A stretch of 64,000 nucleotides of DNA from Candidatus Krumholzibacteriia bacterium (GCA_050174015.1 JBFXKG010000008.1:96001-160000); one strand, 5' to 3'. Positions 20,147 through 31,026 are shown, counted from the stretch's first letter. The notes: generated by a model not told the origin, from the sequence alone. Made by a program: numbers and translations.

Positions 20147-20920
20147 TCAGCCGATGCCGCGGGGGTGCGAGGCGAAGACCGCGGCCTGGTCCTGGGGCAT
20201 GACCAGCATCTCCTGGATGTTGACGTGGGGGGGGCGGGTGGCGCAGAACAGGACGGCCTCGGCGATATCCTCGGCCTTCAGCGGGGGGAAGTTGCGGTAG
20301 ACGGCCGCAGCGCGTTCGGCGTCGCCGTGGAAGCGAACCTCGCTGAATTCGGTCTCGACCATGCCCGGGTCCACCGTCGAGCAGCGCACCCGGGTTCCCA
20401 GCAGATCGATGCGCAGCCCCTGGTTCAGGGCCCTGACGGCGTGCTTGGTGGCGCAGTACACGTTGCCGGCGGGATAAACCTGGTGTCCGGCGATGCTGCC
20501 GATGTTGATCACGTGTCCCCGGTCGCGTTCCACCATGCCCGGAATCACCGCCCTGCTGACCCACAGCAGGCCCTTGATGTTGGTGTCGATCATCTCCTCC
20601 CAGTCCCGGAAGTCCCCCTCCTGGAACTTGTCCAGGCCGCGGCTGAGGCCGGCGTTGTTGACCAGGACGTCGATCGCCCGCCACTGGGGGGGCAATCCTC
20701 CCACGGCCGCATCGACGGCCGTCCGGTCCCGGACGTCGAGCTCGATGGTGAGGCACGCGGTCCCGTGGGCCGCCTTCAATGCCGTCGCCAGGGTCTCGAG
20801 GCGGTCGGCCCGGCGGGCGGCCAGGATCAGGCGGGCCCCTTCGCGGGCGAAGATGCGGGCGCAGGCCTCGCCGATGCCGGCGCTGGCCCCGGTGATCATG
20901 ATCGTGGTGTCCTTGAACAT
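20147..20920 (-). CDS. Short-chain dehydrogenase/reductase (YdfG-like)
   Basis: TGASAGIG, NNAG, YCATK, PGMVETEFS. Confidence 0.9.
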   Translation of the reverse strand: MFKDTTIMITGASAGIGEACARIFAREGARLILAARRADRLETLATALKAAHGTACLTIELDVRDRTAVDAAVGGLPPQWRAIDVLVNNAGLSRGLDKFQEGDFRDWEEMIDTNIKGLLWVSRAVIPGMVERDRGHVINIGSIAGHQVYPAGNVYCATKHAVRALNQGLRIDLLGTRVRCSTVDPGMVETEFSEVRFHGDAERAAAVYRNFPPLKAEDIAEAVLFCATRPPHVNIQEMLVMPQDQAAVFASHPRGIG

Positions 20921-20939
20921 GGCGTCAGGCTCCTTCAGG

Positions 20940-23081
20940 TCATTGGCCGAAGTGGGCGCCCAGGGGCAGGTTCCTGACCCGGACTCCCGTGGCGTCGAAC
21001 AGGGCGTTGAGAACGGCGGGGCCGAGGGGCGGATAGCCGGGCTCCCCGATGCCCCCGATGGCCTCCTCGCTGGGAATGCTGACCACCGTGACCTCGGGCA
21101 TCTCGTCCAGGGTCAGGATGGGGTAGTCGTCGAAGTTGCTCTGGGCGACCCGACCCCGGCGGATCCGGATCCCCTCGTGCAGCAGACCGCTCAGGGCGTA
21201 CGCGACGCCCCCCTCGATCTGGGAGCGCATCCCGTCCGGATGGACCACGGGGCCGCAGTCCACCACGGCCAGGATCCGGTGGACCTTCACCCGGCCGGGG
21301 GCCGGGATGGAGACCTCCGCCATCATGGTCACGTAGCTGCCGAAGCAGGCGTGGCAGGCCACCCCCTGCCCACGACCGGATTCCAGGCGGGCGGGCCAGC
21401 CCCATTGGTCACGGGCCGTCTCCAGGGTCCGGCGCAGGCGGTGGTCTCCTGGCAACAGGTCGAGCCGCAGAGCGACCGGATCGCGCCCGGCCGCGCGGGC
21501 GACCTCGTCCAGGAAGGCCTCGTTGGCCAGGGCGTTCTGGGTGTTGTAGACCGAGCGCAGCCAGCCCACCGGCACCGGGGTGTTCACCATGCTGTACAGC
21601 ACGTCCACGTTCCGGATGCCGTAGGGCAGGGTGGCGGCGCCGTCGACGGCGCCTTCGTCCCGGCCGTCCGGGACGCCGGCGGGATCGAGTTGGCCGCTGA
21701 TCGAGGGGCAGGCCAGATGGTGGGACCAGGCCACGAGGTCGCCGCCGGCGTCCAGACCGGCCTGCATGACGTGGCGGCTGGCGGGGCGGAAGAATCCGTG
21801 GCGGGTGTCCTCCTCGCGGGTCATGACCACCTGGACCGGACATCCAGCGGCCTTGGCGAGCTCCACCGCATCGGTGACGTAGTCCACCATCAGCCGCCGG
21901 CCGAAGCCCCCGCCGGCGTACGAAGGGAAGACCTTGACCTGTTGCGGGTCCAACCCTGCCGCCGCGGCGGCCACGGTCTGGCCCCAGCTCACGGACTGGA
22001 TGGGGCCGTAGACCTCGCAGACCCCGTCGGCGATGCGGGCGGTGCAGTTGACCGGCTCCATGGGGGAGTGGGAAAGGAAGGGCAGTTCGTAGACGGCAGA
22101 GACCACGGTGTGGGCGCTTGCCAGGGCGCCGACGGGGTCCCCGTCCCGGCGCATGATCGCCGCGGCCTCGGGACGGGCGGCGGCGAGCCGGGCTGAGATG
22201 GCGTCCGAATCGAGATCCGGTTCGCTGCCGTCGGTCCACCGGACGTCCAGGGCGTCCCGGGCCTTCATGGCCTGCCAGGTTGTGTCGGCCAGGACCGCGA
22301 CGCCGCTGCCGATGGGCAGGATCCGGCGCACCCCGCGCATCCTGCGGGCGGCCGAATCGTCCACACCGGCAACCTGGCCGCCGAACACCGGGGCCCGCGC
22401 CACCGCCGCGAACAGCAGACCCGGGAAACGCAGGTCGAGGCCGAACTCGGCTTCGCCGGTGATCTTGGCCAGGGTGTCCAGGCGCGGCAGGGACTTTCCG
22501 ATCAGGGTCCTGGCCGCGGGGGCCTTCAGGGGGACGTTCTGGGGGACCTCGAGCAGCGAGGCCGCCTCGGCCAGGTCACCGAATCCGGCGCGGTTGCCGG
22601 TGCGGTCATGGATGACGTACCCCTTCTCCGCGCGGCACTCTCCGGCGGGCACACCCCAGCGTGCGGCTGCGGCCGCGATGAGCATCCGCCGGGCGGCGGC
22701 CCCTGCTTGGCGGACCGGATCCCAGCTCATGCGCACGCTGCGGCTGCCGCCGGTCCCCATGCGGCCGAATCGGGGATCGTTCCAGGCCTTGCGGACCTCC
22801 ACGGATTCCCAGTCGGCCTCGAGCTCGTCCGCCAGGAGCATGGGGATAGCTGTCAGGGGGCCCTGTCCCAGCTCCGACCACGGCACCTGGATGACGACCT
22901 CGCCCTCCGGGGTGATCTCGAGCCAGGCGTTGGGATTGAAGACGGCCCCGGCGGGGCCCCATTCGGCGGCGGCCTCGGCGGCGGCGGAATCCTGCAGGCG
23001 GAAACCCAGGACCAGGGCTCCGGCCAGCACACCTGTGGTCTTCAGGAAATCCCGGCGGCTGAGATTGATCACGGCGCTCAT
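20940..23081 (-). CDS. iorB: Molybdopterin oxidoreductase large subunit (isoquinoline 1-oxidoreductase beta-like), Tat-exported
   Basis: SRRDFLK Tat motif; ELGQG, TGGSRS, GGGFGRR, GIGEPG. Confidence 0.88.
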   Translation of the reverse strand: MSAVINLSRRDFLKTTGVLAGALVLGFRLQDSAAAEAAAEWGPAGAVFNPNAWLEITPEGEVVIQVPWSELGQGPLTAIPMLLADELEADWESVEVRKAWNDPRFGRMGTGGSRSVRMSWDPVRQAGAAARRMLIAAAAARWGVPAGECRAEKGYVIHDRTGNRAGFGDLAEAASLLEVPQNVPLKAPAARTLIGKSLPRLDTLAKITGEAEFGLDLRFPGLLFAAVARAPVFGGQVAGVDDSAARRMRGVRRILPIGSGVAVLADTTWQAMKARDALDVRWTDGSEPDLDSDAISARLAAARPEAAAIMRRDGDPVGALASAHTVVSAVYELPFLSHSPMEPVNCTARIADGVCEVYGPIQSVSWGQTVAAAAAGLDPQQVKVFPSYAGGGFGRRLMVDYVTDAVELAKAAGCPVQVVMTREEDTRHGFFRPASRHVMQAGLDAGGDLVAWSHHLACPSISGQLDPAGVPDGRDEGAVDGAATLPYGIRNVDVLYSMVNTPVPVGWLRSVYNTQNALANEAFLDEVARAAGRDPVALRLDLLPGDHRLRRTLETARDQWGWPARLESGRGQGVACHACFGSYVTMMAEVSIPAPGRVKVHRILAVVDCGPVVHPDGMRSQIEGGVAYALSGLLHEGIRIRRGRVAQSNFDDYPILTLDEMPEVTVVSIPSEEAIGGIGEPGYPPLGPAVLNALFDATGVRVRNLPLGAHFGQ

Positions 23082-23092
23082 CGGCCCCCTCC

Positions 23093-23542
23093 TTAGCTCG
23101 CCTTCTTCACGGCCTGCTTGATCCGTTGATAGGTTCCGCACCGGCAGAGGACCCCGCTCATGGTCCCCGTGATCTCAGCTTCGGTGGGGTGGGGGTTGGC
23201 ATCGAGCAGCGAGACCGCGGTGAGGATCTGTCCCGGCTGGCAGTAGCCGCACTGGGGCACCTCGAGCTCCCTCCAGACCTTCTGGACGGGATGCAACCCG
23301 TAGCCGCCGAGCCCCTCGATGGTGACGATGGATCTTCCCGCCGCTTCAGCCACGGTCATCTGGCAGGACCGGACCGCCTCACCGTCGAGCAGCACCGTGC
23401 AGGCGCCGCATTCGCCGACCCCGCATCCGTACTTGGTCCCCTTGAGGTCGAGGTGGTCCCGCAGGGCCCAGAGCAGGGGAGTCTCGGGATCGACGTCCAG
23501 GCTGTGGGCTTGTCCGTTGACGGAGAGGTTCAGGACGGCCAT
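23093..23542 (-). CDS. iorA: 2Fe-2S subunit of molybdopterin oxidoreductase
   Basis: GTKYGCGVGECGAC, QCGYCQPG, LCRCGTY. Confidence 0.92.
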   Translation of the reverse strand: MAVLNLSVNGQAHSLDVDPETPLLWALRDHLDLKGTKYGCGVGECGACTVLLDGEAVRSCQMTVAEAAGRSIVTIEGLGGYGLHPVQKVWRELEVPQCGYCQPGQILTAVSLLDANPHPTEAEITGTMSGVLCRCGTYQRIKQAVKKAS

Positions 23543-23603
23543 GAGGGCTCCCTTCGCTTGGGGTCGGGACGGGCGCCGATCATAGCGCGGAGAGGACCTG
23601 GTG

Positions 23604-23636
23604 AAAAGGAAAACGGCCCGGCGAAGGCCGGGCCGT
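23604..23636 (-). terminator. Intrinsic terminator after S9 peptidase
   Basis: ACGGCCCGGC-gaag-GCCGGGCCGT stem with a U-rich tail on the minus strand. Confidence 0.7.
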
Positions 23637-23659
23637 GAAGCGGTGACGGAGGAAAGGCT

Positions 23660-25729
23660 CTACTCGGTCCAGCGCCGCAGCCAGGCCATGACCTCGTCGT
23701 GCCACTGGATGGAGTTGTGGGGCTTGAGCACCCAGTGGTTCTCATCGGGGAAGTACAGCAGCCTGGCGGGCACCCCCTGCCTGCGCAGGGCGGTGAAGGT
23801 GCTCAGCCCCTGGGTGTCGACGACCCGGTAGTCCAGGGCGCCGTGGACCACCAGGGTGGGCACGTGCCAGTTCTGGACGTGGTCGGCGGGATTGTGCAGG
23901 CCGTAATGGCTGCCCTCGGCCCAGGGGGTTCCGCCGTGTTCCCACTCGGGGAACCACAGCTCCTCGGTGTCGAAGTAGGCCATGCGTTCGTCGAGGTTGC
24001 CGTCATGGCAGACGAAGGCCTTGAACTTGTGGCTGAAGGGCTGGCCGTGCATCCAGTTGATCATGTAGCCGCCGTAGCTCGCGCCGGCGGCGACGACCTT
24101 CTGGGAATCCATCCAGGGGTACTTCGCCAGGGCGGCCGCGAGTCCCTTCTCCAGGTCCTCGAGGGGACGGTCGCCCCAGTGGCCGCTGATGGCGTCGGTG
24201 AAGGCCTGGCCGTAACCCGTCGACCCGTGGAAGTCGACCGCCAGCGTGGCGAATCCGGCGCCGACGTAGGCCTGGGGATTCCAGCGATAGTGGAAGTCGT
24301 TGCCGAAGCTGCCCTGCGGTCCGCCGTGGACCAGGTAGGCGACGGGCCATTTCTGTCCGGCGAAGGCCTTGACCTCGCTGAAGTCGTAGGGCTTGACCAC
24401 GTAGGCGTGGACCGTTTCCCCGTTCCAGCCTTCGAAGGTGAACTGCTCGGGTTCGCCCATCAGGCAGCGGGAGAGCTTCTCGCCGTTGAGGTCGGTGATC
24501 CTGACCGGATCTCCGCCCTTGGCCTTGACTGTGAACAGCTCGGTGGGGGACTGCAGGTGCTGCTGGCCGAAGAGCAGGCGATCGGTGCCCAGCAGGCTCA
24601 GGCTCATGTTCCTGCCCATCCGGACGACCAGGTCCGCCTTGGCGGTTGCCACGTCGATCCGGAAGATGCTGGTCTGGCCGAGGTAGCCCGCCGTGCAGAA
24701 GACGGTCTTGCCGTCGGGGCTGAAGACCAGGCCGTGGGGGGTGAGATCCAGGCCCTCGTGGACCAGATCGATCCGCCGCAGCTGCCCGGTGGCCCAGTCC
24801 ATGAGCTTGATGTGGAAACGGTCGGCCTCGAAGCCGGGGCGGTCCATGGCCAGGAAGGCCAGGGTGGTCCCGTCGGGCGTGAACACCGGTTCGGTGTCCC
24901 ACGCCTGGTTGGCTTCGGTCAGGCAGCGGATGGTCCCGGAGCCGTCGGTGGGTACCGCGTACAGGTCGTAATCGGTGCTCCAGGCGGGTTCGCTGCCGGG
25001 CAGGATCTTCGCCGTGAAGACGACCTCGGTTCCGTCCGGGGACACCGCGACCTCCTCCAGGCCGCCCCAGGGCTTGGTGGGGACGTCCGCGTCCAGCCCG
25101 GGCGTCAGGTCCAGCGGTTCCATGGTCTCGCCGGGGACCAGGAACAGGTGGTTGCGCTTGCCGTCCTCCCAGGTGTCCCAGTGCCGGAACATCAGTTCGT
25201 CGTAGGCCATGCCGGTGGTCTTGGCCTGCGCCAGCTCGGCGTCGCGATCCAGGGTGCCCTGGATGCCGAGGCAGGGGTAGACCTCCATCGTCACCAGGAA
25301 CGCGTGCAGGTCGGGGACGACCTGGAACTCGCCGACGTCCAGGGCCAGCCGCGTCACCTGGACGGCCTCGCCGCCGGCGGGATCGATCCGCCAGATCTGG
25401 GAGCCGCCGCCGCGGGTGGACAGGAAGAAGAGCTTGCCGTCCAGGCACCAGCGGGCATTCCAGTCGGCGGCCTCGTGGGTGGTCAGGCGCCGGGGCTCGC
25501 CGCCCTCGGTGGGCGAGATCCAGATGTCGGTGCGGCCGCGGTTGGCCTCCAGGTCGGTGGTGCGCACCGTGTAGGCGACCCACTTGCCGTCGGGGGAGAC
25601 CTGGGGATCGCTGATGCGGTCCATGGCCAGCATGTCGTGAACGCTGAAGGGATGCTTCTGGTCGTCCTGGGCCGGGGCCGCCGCGGCGACCAGGACCAGG
25701 CAGAGGGAGAGGATCAGACGCGACTTCAA
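23660..25729 (-). CDS. S9 family prolyl oligopeptidase / dipeptidyl-peptidase 5-like
   Basis: TTG start after GGAGG, signal peptide, beta-propeller (SPDG repeats), HGGPQ, GASYGG, DYRV, DENH. Confidence 0.9.
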   Translation of the reverse strand: MKSRLILSLCLVLVAAAAPAQDDQKHPFSVHDMLAMDRISDPQVSPDGKWVAYTVRTTDLEANRGRTDIWISPTEGGEPRRLTTHEAADWNARWCLDGKLFFLSTRGGGSQIWRIDPAGGEAVQVTRLALDVGEFQVVPDLHAFLVTMEVYPCLGIQGTLDRDAELAQAKTTGMAYDELMFRHWDTWEDGKRNHLFLVPGETMEPLDLTPGLDADVPTKPWGGLEEVAVSPDGTEVVFTAKILPGSEPAWSTDYDLYAVPTDGSGTIRCLTEANQAWDTEPVFTPDGTTLAFLAMDRPGFEADRFHIKLMDWATGQLRRIDLVHEGLDLTPHGLVFSPDGKTVFCTAGYLGQTSIFRIDVATAKADLVVRMGRNMSLSLLGTDRLLFGQQHLQSPTELFTVKAKGGDPVRITDLNGEKLSRCLMGEPEQFTFEGWNGETVHAYVVKPYDFSEVKAFAGQKWPVAYLVHGGPQGSFGNDFHYRWNPQAYVGAGFATLAVDFHGSTGYGQAFTDAISGHWGDRPLEDLEKGLAAALAKYPWMDSQKVVAAGASYGGYMINWMHGQPFSHKFKAFVCHDGNLDERMAYFDTEELWFPEWEHGGTPWAEGSHYGLHNPADHVQNWHVPTLVVHGALDYRVVDTQGLSTFTALRRQGVPARLLYFPDENHWVLKPHNSIQWHDEVMAWLRRWTE

Positions 25730-25902
25730 GGGATACCTCCGGATTGGGGACCAGCGACCGTCGGGGATGCAATCGGGAAAATATAGCCCACGGGCAGCGG
25801 GTTGACGAGGGGGGAACCTCGGCCCGGGGAATATCCGGCATGGGGCTTGAATCCGAACCGGCAGGCCGCTAGGATGGTTTCGATATTCCATTCCCTATCA
25901 CG

Positions 25903-27489
25903 GTGGTCATCATGAAGATTTTCAAGGTGGATGCTCCGGTCCTGATCCTCCTCCTGGCCGCAGCCTCGTTGATGACGGCCTTCCCGGCCCGCGTTTTCGA
26001 ATGCGATGCGGTGATCTACGCCTGCGCCGGCGTCCATGGCGACACCGTCCAGAACACCGACGCCGGCCATCTGGCCTGGGGAGGGCTCGAACTGCTGGCG
26101 GCGGGGGCGGGCCGCTCGGTCCACCCACCCTGGAGCCCCATCCACCTGCTTCGCTGGCTGAGCATGGCCGCCGCCCTGGGCTGCGCCTGGCTGGTGTACC
26201 GGGTGCTGGCCTGCCGGTTGGGCATCGACCCGGTCCGGGCGGCGCTGATCACCGGGCTGTCGCTGTTCAGCTATTCCTTCTGGCACTTCGCCCTCCAGGC
26301 CGAACCCCACGCGCCCCACGCCCTGTTCCTGGCGGTCTTCCTGGTGGCGGGGGCCTCCCTCCTCTCGCATCCCAATCCGGCGAGAGGGGCGGCGACCGGC
26401 CTGGCCCTGGGAGCGGCCACCCTGTTGCACCAGACGAGCATCATCCTGTTCCCCGGAGTCCTGCTGGCGTTGTGGTTCACCCCCGGCGACGGCCGCACCC
26501 GGCTGCGGTCGGGGACGGGATTCGCAGGCGTCTACGTCTTGACGGCGATCGCTCCCTACCTGGCCGTGGGCTGGTTCGTGCGGGACCTGAGGACCGTTCC
26601 CGAGTTCCGGGAATGGATCCTGGGCATCAGCACCTGGGGCTACTGGGGCAACTGGCGGCCCACGAGCCTCCTCGCAGCGGCCGTGGGGATCGTCCGATCC
26701 TTCGTTGGTTCCCACTATCTGCTGGGCGTCGGCGGGATCGGCGATCTGGCCCGCCGCCTGTTCCCTGCCGCCTCCTGGGAAGACGAGCTGATGCTCGCGG
26801 CCGCCGTGCCCGGGTGGTCGAGGATCGTGCTGATTCCCGTCCAGGCTGCCGTCCTGGGCGGGATGATCGTGGTCATGGGCAGGGGGATCCCGCGATTGCG
26901 GCAGGTCTGGGGTGGGCGGCGCGCCCTCGGCCTCCTGCTGGTCTACTGGCTGGCCGTCCACCTGCTGTTCTTCACCTGGTGGGCGCCGGAGCGGGCCGAG
27001 TTCTGGATCGGGTTCTGGTTGCCGCTGATCGTCCTTCTGGGGCCGGGGATCGCGGCCGCCGGGGTGGGGCGCCGCACCCTTGCCCTGCTGCCGGCGGGGC
27101 TCGTGCTCGTGAACCTGCTGGGCAGCATCGCGCCCCAGTCCGTGGACCTCGAACCGGGAACGGCGGCGGCGGTGGCGATCGACCCGGTGGCACGGGCGGG
27201 GGACGTCCTGCTGACGGACGTGCCTCTGGGCCAGCGGGCGGGCCGCTTCGTCTATGCCCTGGACATGGTCCGCGTCCCGGCGGATACCGCCCGGGTCGTC
27301 GCCCTCGTGGATTCCCTGTTGACGGAGACGGAACGCCGGGGGAACACGCTGTTCTGGGTGGGATGGCGACCATCGGTCCCCCCGGGAGTTCTCGCGGCGG
27401 CGGGGGCGGGAAAGGTGGTGGCGGTGCGGGCGCCCGTCACGGTGCTGCCCTTGATCCGGGCGGTCGGCCGGCGGGGCCCGGATGGTTAG
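25903..27489 (+). CDS. Polytopic membrane protein, possibly GT-C glycosyltransferase-like
   Basis: Many hydrophobic helices; ECD after the first TM; FWHFALQAE. Confidence 0.5.
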   Translation: MVIMKIFKVDAPVLILLLAAASLMTAFPARVFECDAVIYACAGVHGDTVQNTDAGHLAWGGLELLAAGAGRSVHPPWSPIHLLRWLSMAAALGCAWLVYRVLACRLGIDPVRAALITGLSLFSYSFWHFALQAEPHAPHALFLAVFLVAGASLLSHPNPARGAATGLALGAATLLHQTSIILFPGVLLALWFTPGDGRTRLRSGTGFAGVYVLTAIAPYLAVGWFVRDLRTVPEFREWILGISTWGYWGNWRPTSLLAAAVGIVRSFVGSHYLLGVGGIGDLARRLFPAASWEDELMLAAAVPGWSRIVLIPVQAAVLGGMIVVMGRGIPRLRQVWGGRRALGLLLVYWLAVHLLFFTWWAPERAEFWIGFWLPLIVLLGPGIAAAGVGRRTLALLPAGLVLVNLLGSIAPQSVDLEPGTAAAVAIDPVARAGDVLLTDVPLGQRAGRFVYALDMVRVPADTARVVALVDSLLTETERRGNTLFWVGWRPSVPPGVLAAAGAGKVVAVRAPVTVLPLIRAVGRRGPDG

Positions 27490-27860
27490 CGGGGCACCGG
27501 CAGCGGGCGACCTCCGGGGTCCAGATTCACGTAGGTGACGTCCGCCTGGGTGACGGGGATCACGTCCCCGCCGGCGCGCCTCTCCGCTTCCACGGTCACC
27601 CGCACACGCACGGACGTGCGGCCGATCTTGACGACCTCGGAATAGAAGCTGACCAGGTCCCCCACCTGCACGGGGGCGTGGAAGACCACCTCGTCCATGG
27701 CCACGGTGACCACCCGGGGACACCCCAACCGGATGGCGGCCACCGCGCCCGCCTGGTCGATGTGGCTGAGGATGACACCGCCGAAGATGGTGCCCTGGGG
27801 GTTGGTGTCCCGGGGCATCATCAGCACACGGATGGCTGCGTGGCGGTCTGGATCGGTCAC
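27486..27860 (-). CDS. Acyl-CoA thioesterase (hotdog fold, YciA-like)
   Basis: MPRDTNPQGTIFGG...IDQAG, VVTV, GRTS. Confidence 0.9.
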   Translation of the reverse strand: MTDPDRHAAIRVLMMPRDTNPQGTIFGGVILSHIDQAGAVAAIRLGCPRVVTVAMDEVVFHAPVQVGDLVSFYSEVVKIGRTSVRVRVTVEAERRAGGDVIPVTQADVTYVNLDPGGRPLPVPR

Positions 27861-28516
27861 GGTCGGCCTCCAGGGTCCGGAAAGAGTCCCGCCCAGGAGA
27901 ACCCGGGCGGGGGAGGTTTGTCAATCCCCGATGTTGGGGGAGCGGGAGGACCCTGGAGTTCCCGCAGCAGCCAGGCCCGGGCGAGGGCCCAGTCCCGCTT
28001 CACGGTGGCCGTCCCCATCCCCAGGGCCAGGGCGGTTTCCTCGACGTCCAGACCTGCGAAGTACCGGCACTCGACCACCCGGGCGGCGCGCCGATCCCAT
28101 TGCGAGAGACGGTCGAGGAGCGTATCCAGCCTGATGATGAAATCGGCGTCGGGTTCCTCACGCGGGGCGGCCACCTCGAGACCCGCCGTCAGGGGCAGCA
28201 AGGCGTCGCCCCCCCCGCGCTTGAGGCGGCGGCGATCGCGGGCATGGTTGACCAGGATCCGGCGCATGGCCAGGGAGGCCACTCCCAGGAACTGCCCCCG
28301 TTCCTGCCAATTGGCCCGGGTCTGGTCCACGAGCTTCAGGTAGGCCTCGTGGACCAGGGCGGTGGGGGTCAGGGTGTGGCCGGCCCGTTCCCGCACGAGA
28401 TGGCGCCGGGCGATCTCCAGAAGTTCCTCGTAGATCAGGGGCAGGACCCGGTCCAGGGCACCGGCGTCACCCCGCTCGGCCGAGACCAGCAGCGCGGTGA
28501 TGTCGCCCCGGGTCAC
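27857..28516 (-). CDS. ECF sigma factor (kinase-associated, TIGR02999-like)
   Basis: IYEEL, HTLTPTALVHEAYLKL, MRRILVNHAR, KRGG, TVKRDW; GTG start overlaps the kinase stop. Confidence 0.88.
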   Translation of the reverse strand: MTRGDITALLVSAERGDAGALDRVLPLIYEELLEIARRHLVRERAGHTLTPTALVHEAYLKLVDQTRANWQERGQFLGVASLAMRRILVNHARDRRRLKRGGGDALLPLTAGLEVAAPREEPDADFIIRLDTLLDRLSQWDRRAARVVECRYFAGLDVEETALALGMGTATVKRDWALARAWLLRELQGPPAPPTSGIDKPPPPGFSWAGLFPDPGGRP

Positions 28517-30846
28517 GGCTTCCCCTCCCGGAATCGTGCCAGCAGGTCCAGCTGGTCCCGGATCTCGACCGTGTCCTGAGCGGCGGCGATCCGGATGGCC
28601 AGGGCTTCCCGCAACAGGGGCTCTGCCTGTTCGGGTCGTCCCGTCGCCAGCAGCACGCGGCCCAGCGCGAGGGCTCCGTCGGCGATGTAGGGGTGGTCGG
28701 CGGGCAAGTTGTTCCGGTCGATGTCCAGGCACCGTCCGAGGAAGCCGAGGGCCCTCTCGCGGTCCTCCAGGCTCTCCGCCACCAGGCCGAGGTTGTAATA
28801 CCCTGCCGAAACGGTGGGGTGCAGAGGACCCAGGGTCTCCTCCCAGATCCGGACCGCTTCGAGGAACATGGATTCCGCGGTCCGGGGATCGCCCCGGTCA
28901 CGCACCACCCGGGCCAGGTTGTTCAAGGTGTTGGCGACGTAGGGATGCCGCTCCCCGAGCACGTCGCGTCGGATGGCCAGGGCCTCGCGGAAGAGGGCTT
29001 CGGCTTCCGCGGCGTTCCCCTCCGCCCAGGTGGCCACGGCCAGGTTGTTCAGGCTCTGGGCGACCTCGACGTGGCGGGGCCCCAGCAGCGCCCGCCGCAG
29101 GCGCAGAGCCTCCTCGATCAGCGGCCGACCCCGCGCGTAGAGGCCCTGGACGTCATAGAGGACGCCGAGGTTGTTGAAGCTTTCCGCCGTCTCGGGATGC
29201 TGAAGGCCCAGGGTGCGGCGACGCAGGTCCAGGGCCGCGGCGAACAGGCTCTCGGCTGCGGCGTAGGCGCCTTGGCCCTGGTGAAGCGTGCCCAGGTAGT
29301 CGAGGCTGCGGGCGACGTCGGGGTGATCGGCGCCCAGATTCCTCAAACGGGCTTCGAGGCCCCGGCGGGTCAGTTCCAGGGAGCGCTCGGTTTCCCCGAG
29401 ATTTCCGAGGAGCCGGCCGTACAGGTGGAGGATGTCGGCCTGGAGTTCCGGCTCACCGTCCAGCCGGTCGATCATGGCGTCCTGGCTGAGGAGCAGGAAT
29501 TCCCTGATCCTCAAGGTGTCGCCTCGGACGCCCTGCGTGATCATGGGATCGGACACGTCGAACATGTCGATGAGCAGCCCGGTGATCTTCTCCGCCCGGT
29601 CCCTCTGCAGAGTGACCTCGTGCGCCTGTCTGCCGATCCTCGCCGCCTGCCCCGCCATCACCAGGGCGAAGACGAGGGTGACGGCGAACAGGGTGGCGGC
29701 CGCCCCGATGCCCAGGGCGTTCCGGCGGATGAACTTGACGGCACGGTAGCCCAGCGAGGCCGGTCGGGCGGTGATGGGCAGCCCGTCGAGATGGCGGCGG
29801 ACATCCTCCGCCAGGGCCTCCACGGAGCGGTAGCGCAGGGCGGCGTCGGGGTGAAGCGCGGCGCCGGTGATGACGTCCAGGTCGCCGCGCAGCTGCCGGG
29901 CGTGCCGGCCGGGACACGTGCTCGGCCGGGGCGCGGGGTGGCGTTCCAGGTGGCGGGCGAGATCCGCGGGATCTCGTTCCTCGCTCGGGAAGGGCCGACG
30001 CCGGGTCAGCAATTCGTAGAGGATGACCCCGAGGGACCAGACGTCCACTCCGGTCCCGGCCCGTTCCCCTCTCAGCAGTTCCGGTGCCGCGTAACCCGGG
30101 GTCAACGGCCTGGTCCCCGGCCTGGTCAGGGGGCGGGTCAGGTCGGGCACGGTGGGATCCAGCATCTTGGCGATCCCGAAGTCGAGTAGTTTCACCCGGC
30201 CGTCGGACATGACCAGGATGTTGGCGGGCTTGAGGTCACGGTGGACCACCAGGTTCCGGTGGGCGTGCTGGACCGCGGTGCAGATGGTCAGGAACAGTTC
30301 AAGGATCGAGCGCAGGGACAGCGCCTGCTGCTCGCACCAGACGTCGACGGGGACGCCGGCGACGAATTCCATCACCAGGTAGGGCCGGCCGTCGGGTGCG
30401 GCTCCGCCGTCCAGCAGGCGGGCGATGTTCGGATGGTCGAGCCCCGCCAGGACCTGCCGTTCGAAACGGAAGCGGGTCAGGACGTTTTCGGTGTCCATCC
30501 CGCGACGGACGAGCTTCAACGCCACTTCCTGCTCGAACTGATCGTCATCCCTGCGGGCCCGGTAGACCACGCCCATGCCGCCGGTGCCGACCCGCTCCAG
30601 GATGCGGTAGGGTCCGATCCGCTGCTGCTCCAGGGGATCGGGTGGCAGGCTCGGGCCGGGATCCCAGGACAAAGGCGCCTCGAGCGGTCCGTCCTGGTCG
30701 CCGGCGGCGAGCAGGGAGAGCAACTCGCGGTGAAGGTTAGGATCCCGGCGTTCCAGGTCGGCCAAACTGGCCGCACGCCCGGCGGGATCCAGGTCGTGAA
30801 GCCCGGCGAAGAGATCGGAAATGGTCTGCCAGCGATCAGGATCCAT
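28513..30846 (-). CDS. Hanks-type Ser/Thr kinase with TM and TPR repeats
   Basis: GTGGMGVV, VALK, HRDLKPAN, DFG, YAAPE; repeated HP-x-[VT]A-x-[ST]LNNL TPR units. Confidence 0.93.
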   Translation of the reverse strand: MDPDRWQTISDLFAGLHDLDPAGRAASLADLERRDPNLHRELLSLLAAGDQDGPLEAPLSWDPGPSLPPDPLEQQRIGPYRILERVGTGGMGVVYRARRDDDQFEQEVALKLVRRGMDTENVLTRFRFERQVLAGLDHPNIARLLDGGAAPDGRPYLVMEFVAGVPVDVWCEQQALSLRSILELFLTICTAVQHAHRNLVVHRDLKPANILVMSDGRVKLLDFGIAKMLDPTVPDLTRPLTRPGTRPLTPGYAAPELLRGERAGTGVDVWSLGVILYELLTRRRPFPSEERDPADLARHLERHPAPRPSTCPGRHARQLRGDLDVITGAALHPDAALRYRSVEALAEDVRRHLDGLPITARPASLGYRAVKFIRRNALGIGAAATLFAVTLVFALVMAGQAARIGRQAHEVTLQRDRAEKITGLLIDMFDVSDPMITQGVRGDTLRIREFLLLSQDAMIDRLDGEPELQADILHLYGRLLGNLGETERSLELTRRGLEARLRNLGADHPDVARSLDYLGTLHQGQGAYAAAESLFAAALDLRRRTLGLQHPETAESFNNLGVLYDVQGLYARGRPLIEEALRLRRALLGPRHVEVAQSLNNLAVATWAEGNAAEAEALFREALAIRRDVLGERHPYVANTLNNLARVVRDRGDPRTAESMFLEAVRIWEETLGPLHPTVSAGYYNLGLVAESLEDRERALGFLGRCLDIDRNNLPADHPYIADGALALGRVLLATGRPEQAEPLLREALAIRIAAAQDTVEIRDQLDLLARFREGKP

Positions 30847-31026
30847 GGGCCTTCCCCGGGGACAAGCTAACTTCCTGCAATTGCAGCATATTCTAATCCT
30901 GGGGATGAATTTCGCCAGAAAATCGGATTAATTTGATCCCTCATTTCCCCGGACGGGGCGTTTCCGGTCAAAGGGCTATTCCTTCCGACCACCAACCCGG
31001 CCCTGGGGCTGGAAAGGGGCATTGTC